A model generated the notes under the pieces. The model saw only the letters and a program-made list of their open reading frames with translations. It searched no databases and was not told the DNA's origin. From positions 122,636,001 through 122,700,000 of the forward strand of contig OZ024740.1 of NCBI GenBank assembly GCA_964016885.1: a DNA stretch of 64,000 nt. The letters are read 5' to 3'. The DNA comes from Eledone cirrhosa. Lineage: Eukaryota. Positions 51,961 through 64,000 of the stretch are shown here, piece after piece. A program made the position numbers and the translations under genes. Position 1 is the stretch's first letter, and the number at the start of each line of letters is the position of its first letter.

Positions 51961-52957
51961 CGTACATCATATATAAGATCGAATGTGGTGTGGCAAGTGT
52001 AATGAATAGCTACTCATCAGTAACACCATCCAGCCACTACAAGTACATCCGGATCAAGGAACACATCAACACCAGGGCCTCGTCTTTCGGGAAACACATA
52101 ATCAAATGAAGAAACAAAGACGGAAGACCCATTGTCACAGTGTTAGTGACAGAATGCCACGTCGGCACTTTAACGATCAAGGAGGCACTCTGGATCAAAC
52201 ACCTTGGACTACAAATCAATAATTGCTCTGAGAGAAGTGAGACGAGATGGCTGGTGTTAATAAATGGAGCAACAACAACACACACAGTGACAATCAAGCG
52301 ATTGTTATTTTGTGTATATTGAGTACACAACCCACCGACCGACAGACAAAAGGCAGTCTGTCTACTATCACCATGTCTGCCATTGACCCCACTACCACAG
52401 ACAGAACGTTAAGATTTGACAGCGATGATGAATACACACTGACCCACCACCCCTCTATTCTAGTATAGAAGAACTGTTTCAAAGTTTATCTAACCGCAAC
52501 AACTCCACCCGAAGACGCGCCTAATAGAGTATTTTAATTGTACACACACGGTAAATATGTTGTCCCCCTCTGACACAACATTTCCCCGCTTGGAAAACAC
52601 CCAATTGATGGATGCAAAATCTGGATTATAGGGACTAGTAAATCACTTCCAACTCTATCTGGTGCTATTATTTTTTACACTTTTCCTACATTCTTTTACG
52701 CTCCTTTTACCTCTTTCTTCATTTCCTCTGACATCTCTCACTCTCATTACCACCTGATTCTGTTACCCGGAGATTTACCTGTCTGCATTGTTGAGGCTTT
52801 CACAATGTCTATTCTTATTATTCCACAATGCTTCAAGCAAACTTCAACACTCTCTTATATATATATATATTTTTATATATGTGGCTGGATGGTGCTACCG
52901 ATGTAGAATTCATTACACTTGCCACACCACATTCGATCTTATATATGATGTATGTGC

Positions 52958-52965
<8 letters not shown>
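51950..52965 (+). mobile_element. Penelope-like 3' fragment (GIY-YIG remnant + terminus) with its first ~90 bp duplicated in inverted orientation at the far end
   Basis: IIYKIEC..RIKEH..KEALWIK; the inverted copy at 52880-52965 reads KCNEFYIGSTIQP on the minus strand. 52500-52860 is homologous to pieces of 57190-57410. Confidence 0.7.
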
Positions 52966-53004
<39 letters not shown>

Positions 53005-53008
<4 letters not shown>

Positions 53009-53720
53009 GGTGTCATAGGGGTGTCAGGGAGGGGCATGTACCACTGTAGGGGGGGGCTAGCCATGCCTTTTTCAGGACAGCTCGTCCTGCATTGGGTGCC
53101 ACCTGACACTCAGCTCTTACCTGTGGCCCCAAGAAGCTCTAGCATGCGACAGCGGCCACACCACGGTAAACCACATTGGCTGGTGGGCTAAACCAGGTTG
53201 AGGGTAGCCGGAGGGATTTGAAACCTCCCGGTCAGTTAGATGACTCCCCCTGCATGCGAAGACTGGACCCGGTAGAGTGAGTGGAGGAGGACAACATCGT
53301 CCCAACGGTAATGAAGGCGGCGACAGCAAGCGGTGTGGAGTGCTAGGGCACGGCAAGACACTACAGACGTTGTGGCCATCCACTGCAGCCAAAGAAGTCC
53401 CTGTACGTGACGGTCCACCATATCAGCAGATTCTGGCTTCTGCGGCCGAGTGAGTGGGACCGTCACTGTGCACTGACCCTCCCACTATAAACCTTTCCCG
53501 CACAGGTTTCTTCTTTAACGTGCACTCCCAAAGCCCTGCGGCGATAGGCAAGAGGCGGAGGTAACAGGTGGAGGTAACCTCTGGGAGTTGCCAGGCTGAC
53601 TCCGGTTTCTTCCTCTGCCCCCACTATCCCCGGAACTGCAAGTGAAGGATCAGTCTCCACAGTAACCTTCGTGGGAAAAACAATAAAGGAGATGTCATCA
53701 TCGTTTACGATGGACAACCA

Positions 53721-53722
<2 letters not shown>
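53005..53722 (+). mobile_element. GC-rich non-coding insertion resembling an RTE 5' UTR joined to a short 3' end (bipartite non-autonomous RTE)
   Basis: Sharp boundaries in (TA)n. ACTCAGCTCTTACCTGTGGCCCCAAG..GCATGCGACAGCGGCCACACC..GGGCTAAACCAGG resembles RTE 5' UTRs (recall, not verified); no ORF. Confidence 0.5.
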
Positions 53723-53810
<88 letters not shown>

Positions 53811-53991
53811 ATATATATAGAGAAAATTGAGGTTGGTAATGGCACATGGAATATATAAGAGACAGAATACTTTTTTGTGAAAAAACATAATTTTATAAGG
53901 TAAGGAAATAATAAAGGGTATAAAAAATGACCGGTTTCGATGGGTCTGCAAAAGCCATCTTTTCAAATGTTGATTAATATTAAGAAAAATT

Positions 53992-55160
53992 CATATGCCA
54001 ACCTAGTCATGGGATTCCATGAACAACAAATATACAGTCAGTCCCTTCTCTTATTTGGAGACTCTTTCCACACACACCTCAAAGCCAATTGGAAAAGATA
54101 TCTAGACGACTGCTTTATCCTATGGCAAGAAGACATGAACTCACTTACTACGTTTAAAAACATGATAAACAACATAGATAATAACATAAAATTCACAATG
54201 GAATCCAATCCTAAGGAATTAGCCTTCTTGGATATTCTCATCTCTGTAATAGACGGGAAATTAGATACAGATATATTCTATAAACCCACAGATTCCAAGC
54301 AATACCTCTTTTTCACATCAAGTCACCCAAAACATACAAAACTTAACATTCCTTACAATTTGGCCAAACGTATATGTACCATAGTATCAGATCCACCTAA
54401 ACGGGAGCAAAGACTAAAGGAACTAAAAGACACCCTTATCTTAAGAGCCTTTCCACTTGAAATAATCAACAATGGAATAGACAGGGCAAAACACCTAAAT
54501 CCCCATCAACTTAACAATCCAAAACAGAAAACCACACTCAACACCCTGCCATATGTATCCACTTTCAACCCCAGAAATACCGAAATGTTTGATCACCTAC
54601 ACAAAAACCTCCCCATCCTACTTAAAGATGTAAAAATGAAGTCTATTCTTGAAACACACAAGATCCTTAAAAGTAAAAGACAACCCAAATCACTTAAACG
54701 CATTCTCACTGGACCAAATATACCCAAACCAATCCTCAACCCTACAGTTACCAAATGTGGTAGAACAAACTGTGGAACGTGCCTCTACCTCACTGAAGGA
54801 CAAACATTTACATTCAAAGATGGCCAAACATTTACAGTAAAAAACAATTTCACCTGCAACTCGGAGAACTTGATTTACGCAATAACTTGCGGTGGGTGCA
54901 AACACAACTACATAGGACAGACGGGCACCTCATTACGCAAAAGAATGACCATCCACCGCCAACAAATCCGGGACGCTAACACAAGAAAAATCCCCTTGAG
55001 CAGCCATATTGCGAACTGCGCAGGAATGACACTACCCAACTTTAAAATCTTCCCCTTCTACAAGTGCTCAGATTCGTTCACACAACAACAAAGAATAAAC
55101 AAAGAAAATCTATTCCTTAACAAATTTAAACCAAAACTAAACGGGTTATCACCCCAATAG
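53992..55160 (+). CDS. Penelope RT C-terminal half + GIY-YIG endonuclease (5'-truncated, otherwise open)
   Basis: SYANLVMG, WKRYLDD, LAFLDI, FYKPTD..YL..SSHP, CGRTNCGTC, NLIYAITC..YIGQT..R..H. The first 17 codons of ORF 53940..55160 come from the antisense pseudo-LTR. Confidence 0.9.
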
Positions 55161-55380
55161 AATTGTCATAAAATATAAACACACATACGCACGGAATCAC
55201 TACTATTAAAGACCAGAGACCAATTCTGTAGAATCAGGTTTATTCATTGACAGACCATGCCTTTGTGTGACCAACACATCCATGTTAAACCCTGCACGTG
55301 CACACACGTATATCTATATATATATGCGCACACAGAATTATTTTAATTTCACTGCCCCAACTTCTTATATTATGGAAAAA

Positions 55381-55885
<505 letters not shown>

Positions 55886-56138
55886 GATGAAGGTATGTGT
55901 GTGTATATTGCTTCCACCCCCTCACTGACCAGCAGCTGGCTATTGCTAAATCTGACCTTTATAAAATAACCCACACCCCAAATAACTTCTCATTCACTAC
56001 CAGAAAGGGACACAGCAGTCAACCTGTTGTTGCTACCTAGATGAAAACTGCTATGAAATCCCACAATGAATTTTATACTTGAATTTTCAAGTCTCAAATT
56101 TTAACTCTTCGTATTATTAATTTTTCTTAATATTAATC

Positions 56139-56186
56139 AACATTTGAAAAGATGGCTTTTGCAGACCCATCGAAACCGGTCATTTT
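56139..56186 (+). ncRNA. Minimal hammerhead-like motif in a Penelope pseudo-LTR (variant core UUGAAAA); antisense twin at ~53924-53971
   Basis: TTGAAAA-GATGG..CCATC-GAAA-CCGGTC with palindromic ACCGGT stem III and GUC triplet; weak stem I. Confidence 0.55.
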
Positions 56187-56322
56187 TTATACCCTTTATT
56201 ATTTCCTTACCTTATAAAATGATGTTTTTTCACAAAAAAGTATTCTGTCTCTTATATATTCCATGTGCCATTACCAACCTCAATTTTCTCTATAACCTTC
56301 GTTTTGTGTAGAAAATTACACT

Positions 56323-56389
<67 letters not shown>

Positions 56390-56393
56390 AATT

Positions 56394-56449
<56 letters not shown>

Positions 56450-56464
56450 CATATATATATATAT

Positions 56465-56850
56465 CGTTTCTGAATTTGTTTAGCAAGATTCTTTATCTGA
56501 AAACGTGTGTTGAAACCGATATTGTTATACTTTGGGGGGGGGGGGGGGTCATGTTGCAAATAAGAAACACGCGCACCAGTTGCTTTCACTTCAATTTATT
56601 ATAAATTAAATTTATAAATTTCCGGTTGGTTGGTTGGTTGGTTCGACAACCAGACGATTGTTCATATATTGTCAAAGTTCTTTCGTCACACATTCTGTGA
56701 GCTCTTCGGTCACTGGGGTTTCTTTTCTTTGTTTTTCTGCCATTTCTTTGTGTGTGTTTGTGTGCATAGTGTGTGCATGTGTTACATCCGGGTGCCTGTG
56801 TGTGTTTATATTTGTTTATTTATTTGTTTATTTACATGTTACCCGGATGT
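56465..56850 (-). mobile_element. Solo copy of the 3' terminus (pseudo-LTR) of the 60-64 kb Penelope family
   Basis: Homologous to 60284-60695, including a mutated hammerhead core (CCGAAGA) at ~56671-56712. Confidence 0.8.
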
Positions 56851-56902
56851 AACACATACGCATACATGCATCCAGAGAGGCATGTACACACACAGACACA
56901 TG

Positions 56903-56987
<85 letters not shown>

Positions 56988-56990
<3 letters not shown>

Positions 56991-57368
56991 AATATATTTA
57001 AGTCGTTTGGAAGCCTCGACAATGCAAATGGGTAAATCTCCGGGTAACAAGGTCCGGTGGTGGAGAGAGAGATGTAAGTGGGTGTACATTGAGATGCGTG
57101 GTGTGTATAAGATGTGTGAGATGTGTAGAATAAAGGGAAGAGTATAAAGGATAAAAATAAGAATAACAACACAAGAGAGAGTTACCTTGGGAGAGATTTA
57201 ATAGTCCCTATATATTTCGGATTCACATCCATCAACTGGGGTTTTTTCCGGGGTGGGGGAAAAGGTTGTCTGTCGGACAATCCGGAACGCGTCTTTCGCC
57301 GGACCTTGTTACCCGGAGATTTACCCATTTGCATTGTCGAGGCTTCCAAACGACTTAAAGATATTTAC
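56988..57368. repeat. 70-bp inverted repeat (56988-57057 / 57299-57368) in (TA)n, related to 52500-52860
   Basis: GTCGTTTGGAAGCCTCGACAATGCAAATGGGTAAATCTCCGGGTAACAAGGTCCGG and its reverse complement. Confidence 0.88.
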
Positions 57369-57409
57369 TTATTGTTCCACAATGCTTCAAGCAAACTTCA
57401 ATACTCTCT

Positions 57410-57493
<84 letters not shown>

Positions 57494-57499
<6 letters not shown>

Positions 57500-58347
57500 T
57501 ATGTACACGTACATACATATATGTATACAGACGTACAGTAGTATGTATATATATATACATACATGCACACATATATATATATGTATGTATGGATTCACCG
57601 AACATTTATTATAATGCTCGGTGTATTTGTAAACAAACATCCCGTATTAAGCCGTAGTGTCCAGCAACCATCGTTGCTCGTTTGTTTAACACTGACAATG
57701 GAACGCTGTACTAGTTTCAAGCTTATTAGCTATCGTCAGCAACGTATACCTTCCTGCCAGATTGTTGAACGTATATACTTACCTTATGCATATTAACGGC
57801 TGAGTAGCCCAATTTGCATATAGAGTGAGTTAATCGACCGGGTGCACCGAAAACGATAAACGGAAAAAAATGAAACGAAATTTCATTTCCCACTCTTAGT
57901 ACGGCTGTTACTTAAATATAAGTATGTACACGTACATACATATATGTATACAGACGTACAGTAGTATGTATATATATATACATACATGCACACATATATA
58001 TATGTACGTATGGATTCACCGAACATTTATTATAATGCTCGGTGTGTTAGTAAACAAACATCCCGTATTAAGCCGTAGTGTCCAACAACCATCGTTGCTC
58101 GTTTGTTCAACACTGACAAGGGAACGCTGTACTAGTTTCAAGCTTATTAGCTTTACAAACACACCGAGCATTATAATAAATGTTCGGTGAATCCATACGT
58201 ACATATTTATATATATGTGTGCATGTATGTATATATATATACATACTACTGTACGTCTGTATACATATATGTATGTACGTGTACATACTTATATTTAAGT
58301 AACAGCCGTACTAAGAGTGGGAAATGAAATTTCGTTTCATTTTTTCC

Positions 58348-58353
<6 letters not shown>
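57494..58353. repeat. Partial tandem (57494-57731 / 57917-58152) plus ~200-bp inverted repeat (57856-58054 / 58152-58353)
   Basis: Near-identical segments; flanked by (TA)n. Confidence 0.9.
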
Positions 58354-58401
<48 letters not shown>

Positions 58402-58407
<6 letters not shown>

Positions 58408-58954
58408 AATGATTAATAAAACAGGTAGACATCATAAAAAGGTAATTTATTCCAAGTGTTTACAAATGTTTCTTTAGTAGTTACACAGTCTAGTCATGCT
58501 ATATGGAAATTGGTAGTTATTAATTTGCAGACACTCAATTTTCAAATGCTGTTCGCACCACCAATTATTCAGAACGAATGGCTGAATTATGGTTTCTTTG
58601 CATTTCTTAAAGGGAGTAATTGGGAAGATAGAGTAGAAAAGGAAGAGAGAAGAAAGGGAGAGGGAGAGAGAGAGAGATATGTAGGTGTAGGAGAAATGGG
58701 AGAGAGTGGTTTGAAGAATACAGATAGCTTAATCTAAATCCTGTGATATAGGTCCAACAAGCGGTTTTATGATACTGCTTACTCTCAAAGTGACAACTTA
58801 GGCATTGTGTTGAAATCATCAAATATCTGCAAATTAATAACTGTCAATTTGTATATAGCACGACTAGCTGTGTAACTACTAAAGAAACATTTGTAAACAC
58901 TTGGAATAAATTACCTTTTTATGATGTCTACCTGTTTTTTTAATCATTCTTTAT
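58402..58954. repeat. ~100-bp inverted repeat (58402-58504 / 58853-58954)
   Basis: Arms include GAAACATTTGTA..AATAAA. Confidence 0.88.
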
Positions 58955-59241
58955 CTACACTCCGGAATATAGAAGAATCGGAAACCAAGTTTCTTTAACT
59001 GTTCTTTTGTAACTCGTTGAGTAACCCCTCACCGTACGTCGTCGACTCTATCTAGTGTGGTAATTAACCATTTCTGCATTCAGGATAATCCTAAGCATTT
59101 CTAACCTAATATATATATATATATATATAGTAATAATAATAAATTTGAAGACTAAAATCCAAAGTGACTTTGTTAGTTTCAGAAGATCCCGTTAAGGGTG
59201 AAAGCAGCGATTCTTTGCTTAAACTTTAATCTGTTATTTTA

Positions 59242-59299
<58 letters not shown>

Positions 59300-59422
59300 A
59301 GGAGCTGAGTAATATTGTAGAACAATAGAACTATGCATATATCAGATAAGTAGCACTCAACAGTTGGTAGAACTGGAGTATATATTAAAGAAGAAATTAG
59401 AAGATGGTTAAAAAAGTTCCAT

Positions 59423-59493
59423 ATATTTTATTATGCGCATTTCGAAAACAACATCATCCTGGGCCAAAAATTGTGTTCTCATCAGATGAAATA
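59423..59493 (-). ncRNA. Type I hammerhead ribozyme motif
   Basis: Minus strand: TATTTCAT-CTGATGA-GAACACA..TGTTTTC-GAAA-TGCGC-ATA-ATAAAATA; palindromic ATGCGCAT stem III. Confidence 0.65.
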
Positions 59494-59870
59494 AGGTAAC
59501 ATAATATGTTGCCTGAAAACACTTGTGAACAGGAAAGTGTCCAGTCTACATATATCAAAAAAGAGTAAGAGAAAAATAGGGAAAAAAGAAGAAAAGGAAA
59601 GAAGTTAAAAGGAAAAAGAAATAGAAGAGAGGAAACAGAAAGAAAGAAGGAGGAGAGAGAAAGAGAAAGGGAGACTTTTGATCAGAAACAGTGTCAAACA
59701 TGTTATATATATATATATATACATACACAGAAAAATCCACCAATTAATGGTAGGGTCTAAACCGTATAAAGAACTGAATGTAATCCGTATGTAGAAGATA
59801 TCGTGAAGCAAAGTTTAAAATACAAAATTGTTAACGATATAATTCTTTGGATACAGAGTCAAAAATACAA

Positions 59871-59958
59871 ATAGTAAAACATTGAAATTAAACAAAAAAC
59901 GGTTAATTCATGACTTGTACTATGAATTAACTGTTTTCTTTGTTTAATTTCATTGTTT

Positions 59959-59964
<6 letters not shown>
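59871..59964. repeat. AT-rich ~40-bp-stem hairpin abutting (TA)n
   Basis: ATAGTAAAACATTGAAATTAAACAAA..GTTAATTCAT / ATGAATTAAC..TTTGTTTAATTTCATTGTTTTACTAT. Confidence 0.8.
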
Positions 59965-60022
<58 letters not shown>

Positions 60023-60174
60023 ATACTTTGGGAGGTTCATGTTGCCAATAAGAAACACACGCACCAGTGGCCTTCATTTCAATTTATTATAATAAATTTA
60101 TGAATTTATAAATTTCTGGTTGGTTGGTTGGTTCCACAACCAGATAGTTGTTTATATATTGTCAATAATATATG

Positions 60175-60285
<111 letters not shown>

Positions 60286-60493
60286 CGTTTCTGAATTTGT
60301 TTAGCAAGATTCTTTATCTGAAAGCGTGTGTTGAAACCGATATTGTTATACTTTGGGAGGGTCATGTTGCCAATAAGAAACACACGCACCAGATGCTTTC
60401 ACTTCAATTTATCATAATAAATTTATAAATTTACGAATTTATAAATTTCCGGTTGGTTGGTTGGTTCCACAAACAGATGGTTGTTTATATATT

Positions 60494-60536
60494 GTCAAAG
60501 TTCTTTCGTCACACATTATCTGACCTCTTCAGTGAC
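60494..60536 (-). ncRNA. Minimal type I hammerhead motif in a Penelope pseudo-LTR
   Basis: Minus strand GTCA-CTGAAGA-GGTCA..TGAC-GAAAG-AA-CTT-TGAC. Confidence 0.6.
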
Positions 60537-60740
60537 TGGGGATTCTTTTCTTTGTTTTTTGTGCCTCTCCTTTGTTCTGTCCTACGCCATCTTGTTTTGG
60601 TGTGTGTGTTATGCGCTTAGTTTGCGCATGTGTTATATCCGTGTGTCTGTGTGTGTGTTTATATTCGTTTATTTATTTGTTTATTTACATGTTACTGGTT
60701 GGTTGTTTGTTCTATGTCCGTGTGTGTTTTCATTTTGTCC

Positions 60741-63700
60741 TTAATTGTAAGTTGTAATGTTGCTGTTCCACTCATGTTTTCTATTTAATTTTGGTTGTAA
60801 TTCATTTATTTTTATTGCCTCTGTGATTTGTCTAAACATTGCGTCTTTTCTGTGCGTAGATTCTATTTTTATTTCTATGTTATCTAATTTACCCTTATGT
60901 TCTATTTTAGCATGTTGGTAGAGTACAGATGATTCTTTACTATCTTGAAGGTCTCGCCAGTGTTCATTTATCCGTTCCCCTATACTACGAGCTGTCTCAC
61001 CTATGTACACTATATTTTATCTCTACATTGTCCTTCAGTACATCTTATGCTATATACTACATTTCTAGTTTTACAGTTAATATGGGGGCTTAACTTAAAG
61101 ATTATACATTTCCTATCTATACAGGGAGGTCTTTGAAAAGGGTATGTCTTGCTAATAAGTGTTTTTATGGAGCTACCTGGTCTTTCTAGTATCTTAATAT
61201 TAAGTTTGTTTATCTAGGGCCCTTCTAAATTTGTAAGCTAATTCGCCAGTAGGGGTTGTATCGATGAACATTACACTCTGGTATTTATTGCTATCATACC
61301 ATGAGTTTATTCTATTAGCCTTATTCCTAGTTCTTTCTATTCTATTCCAAAAGTTGCTACTATACAAGGGGCTTGTCCCATTTGTGTCATTATTTACCAT
61401 TTTTTACCATTTGGTTCTGACTCCTCTATACACTCTGATTTTATCTCTCTGATTGTAACCAGAGAACTGCATACGGTGGATGAAGTGTTGTATGTGTCTC
61501 TCTATTTATTCGGGGTTGCACATGTGGGACACGTTTCTCATCATCCGTACCAAATCCACAATCAGTATGTTGATTTTGGTATGGTCCGAAACAGCTGAGT
61601 TTCGGTGGATCAGATATTTGGAAGTCAAGGGTTTGGCATAATGGGAATGGAGGATTTGTTTTTTTATTATTAATGGTATCTAACCAGAGCTCTGTGTCTA
61701 GTACAGGTAATCGATGGTTGGGGTGCTTGCTTAGGTAGTCTATAGTAACTATAATACTCTGGTGGATGGAATTAGCTATTTGCTGGATGCTTTCCATTGT
61801 TTTTCAATAATTCCTGACTGTTCTCTAGTGGGGGTGTTTTAACTACGATGTTTATATCATCAACGTAGCGGGAGTACATTATCAGGGTTAAGGGGTCTTC
61901 TAATTGTTCTTTAAGTGTAAGTTTACGTCTACTGTCCCACCATACCATGAATAGGTTAGCTATGTCGCCTGCAATGCTAACACCAATGGCTGCTCCCTCC
62001 TCTTGGGCATATGTTATTCCATTAAATTTGAACATATGTTCCTTAAGGGTTAAGTTTATGCTGGCCCCCACCGCATGTGCAATCATTTTCTTTAGTTCAT
62101 CGTGGTTTTCGGGGGTCCGTATGGCTCTGGTCCACCCGTTCCATCTATCTGTGTGGGTTTTCTTGGCCATTGAGGTAATGGTAGGTGGTCTGCCCCTTGC
62201 TGGTCTTGTAGGGCACAGGTTGTTAAGGTCATATGTGTCTAGGTAATTTTTACTATAGGTAAGTTTAAGTAGGAGTCGCAGCTCACTGGTATCAATCCCA
62301 AGGAATTCAACATTGCTCTCACTGATCATTTCTACGCATTTATACACAGCAAAATCCACGTCAATAAATGGATACAGGGACACAACATCCATACTACCTA
62401 TTATGCAGGTTGTTAGGTCCCTAGATCGATTACTCTCGCCGATTCTGCTGAGGAGGTCCTCCGTGCTGTCACATACATCTGGGGACATTTCAATGATGGG
62501 GCGTATGATCAGGGAGAGGAAGTAGGACAGTCTGTAGTTACTAGCAATGTTAACTCCACAGACTGGCCGTGTTGGTGGTCCTGTGACAGGGTCACTGCTC
62601 GTTTTATGGTCTTTTCGAAGCCCATACAACGCTGGCACGTCATTGTTCCAGGCCTGGAAGTTGTTGGCAGTCCTTTTGTTGGGCTGCATTATATTTGTCC
62701 ACATCATCATATGGGCATTGAGGGCTTTTTCTCTATCCTCATGCTCTTGTGGTGTTACTTCTCTTGTGTTAGTGATGTGGGATTGCATTGCCTGGATGTA
62801 GTTTGGTAGACTGTCAACCGACATTCTGCCAGACTTGTCTGTTGGAAAGCATGCTATCTCTCCATTACGCGAGCGCTGCATGAGCTTACGCAAGCCATTT
62901 GCAGATTTTTCTCCCAGTTGCTGGGCCTCCATTCTATTATGCTTCTTGCTATACTGTTCTATAATATTTCTAAGTTTAGATCTAGTTATACTAAATTGTG
63001 CTTCTGTTTGTTCATCGACCTGCGACGGCAATTGCGTGCGTTTGTTAAAAGCTAAAGTCGTGGCGAGGACTCGTCGCAGGTCGAACGACTAATCGGAGGG
63101 ATTATAAAAAGTAGAGTTCCAGGCTGCTGCTTTATGTGTACTAGTGCTATTGTTATTGTTAGTTGTGTTGTTTCTATTTCTATTTCCACCAAGAGCCTCA
63201 TGGTTGTTTCCATGTCTCTCATTATTACTCCTGTCTCTTTCCTCTGGCTCATTGTTATTATCTACTCTATTTTGTGTGTCTGTGTGTTCGACTTGGTTAT
63301 TTTCTCTGTCCATAGTCGCCGTTCTCCTTTCAATCCTATTACCTTCCCTTATTTCTGTGCTACTGTCATTACTTGTTTTCTGTGTCTGTGTGTTTAAGAT
63401 TGTGGTGGTGGTGAGAGGCATTGAATGTGTGTGTATTGTTGTTGTTGTTGATGTGTGCTGTTCTTGATGTGTGTTGTTGTTGTTGTCTCCGTGTATGTTA
63501 TTATTGTTGTGTGTGTTGTTATTGTTGTTTGTGTCTGCGTGTCTGTTGTTGTTGTTTCTGAGTATGTTATTATTGTTGATGTGTGTGTTGTTGTTATTGT
63601 TGTTTGTGTCTGTGTGTCTGTTGTTGTTGGGATGTGTGTTGTATATGTGTGTGTGTGTGCGTATGTTGTTACTTTTGTTTTTGTTTTTGTTTTTGAGGCT

Positions 63701-63883
63701 CCATCGTAATTTTGTTAATGATTTTTCTATTTCTGACAAGCATTTAATCATATTTACATTATTAAATGTGGCATACTTAGGTGGCAGTTGTAATACAGAT
63801 AATTCATCAGAGTCGAACGTAGTGTTGCCGTATATATTTGTGTTGTAGTTGTTGAATTCATCTTTTAATGAGATGTCGGCCAT
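60741..63883 (-). pseudogene. Penelope ORF with in-frame TAG at 63089-63091 and several frameshifts
   Basis: ORFs 63089..63883 and 61772..63031 share a frame; 61441..61797, 61200..61400 and 60741..61010 continue in other frames; Asn/Thr-rich insert at ~63400-63690. Confidence 0.85.
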
Positions 63884-64000
63884 ATTTATACCGTTAATTT
63901 TGTCGGGATATCTATTGATATTCTCTGAAGTATCTTGATTTAGTTTTATCTGTTTGAGCCACTTTAGTTTCTTGTTAAAATGCTTGTCACATTCTTGAAC

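Noticed and set aside
57795-57865. Hammerhead-like CTGAGTA...CGAAAAC
   Set aside because: Core is non-canonical and stems I-III cannot be formed consistently.
63089-63091. Selenocysteine-type recoding as reported for some Naiad Penelope elements
   Set aside because: The in-frame stop is TAG, not TGA, and the ORF also has frameshifts.

Overview
Eukaryotic, AT-rich, microsatellite-rich, repeat-dominated DNA with no recognisable host gene. The RTE-tailed SINE-like repeats and the overall repeat content suggest an octopus/coleoid genome (inference). Bases 1-24.9 kb are a continuous nest of non-LTR retrotransposons joined mostly through (TAA)n tracts. The nest holds five copies of one R4/Dong-type (RT + CCHC + restriction-like endonuclease) lineage, one copy of a second Dong-type family, and two antisense Tx1/L1-type elements that both sit in a Dong (TAA)n tail. 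The ~0.9 kb leader shared by the Dong copies looks like a decayed Tx1-type 5' module. Bases 25-64 kb are a mosaic of decayed elements: a Tc1/mariner (maT-like) transposon, a CRE-type LINE, RTE LINEs and SINEs, and at least three Penelope-like (RT/GIY-YIG) elements. This part also carries an unusually dense set of hairpins and inverted repeats, mostly in (TA)n tracts, several with type I hammerhead ribozyme motifs. The clearest is a head-to-head hammerhead palindrome at 43771-44081. Every element-encoded ORF is disrupted or truncated.
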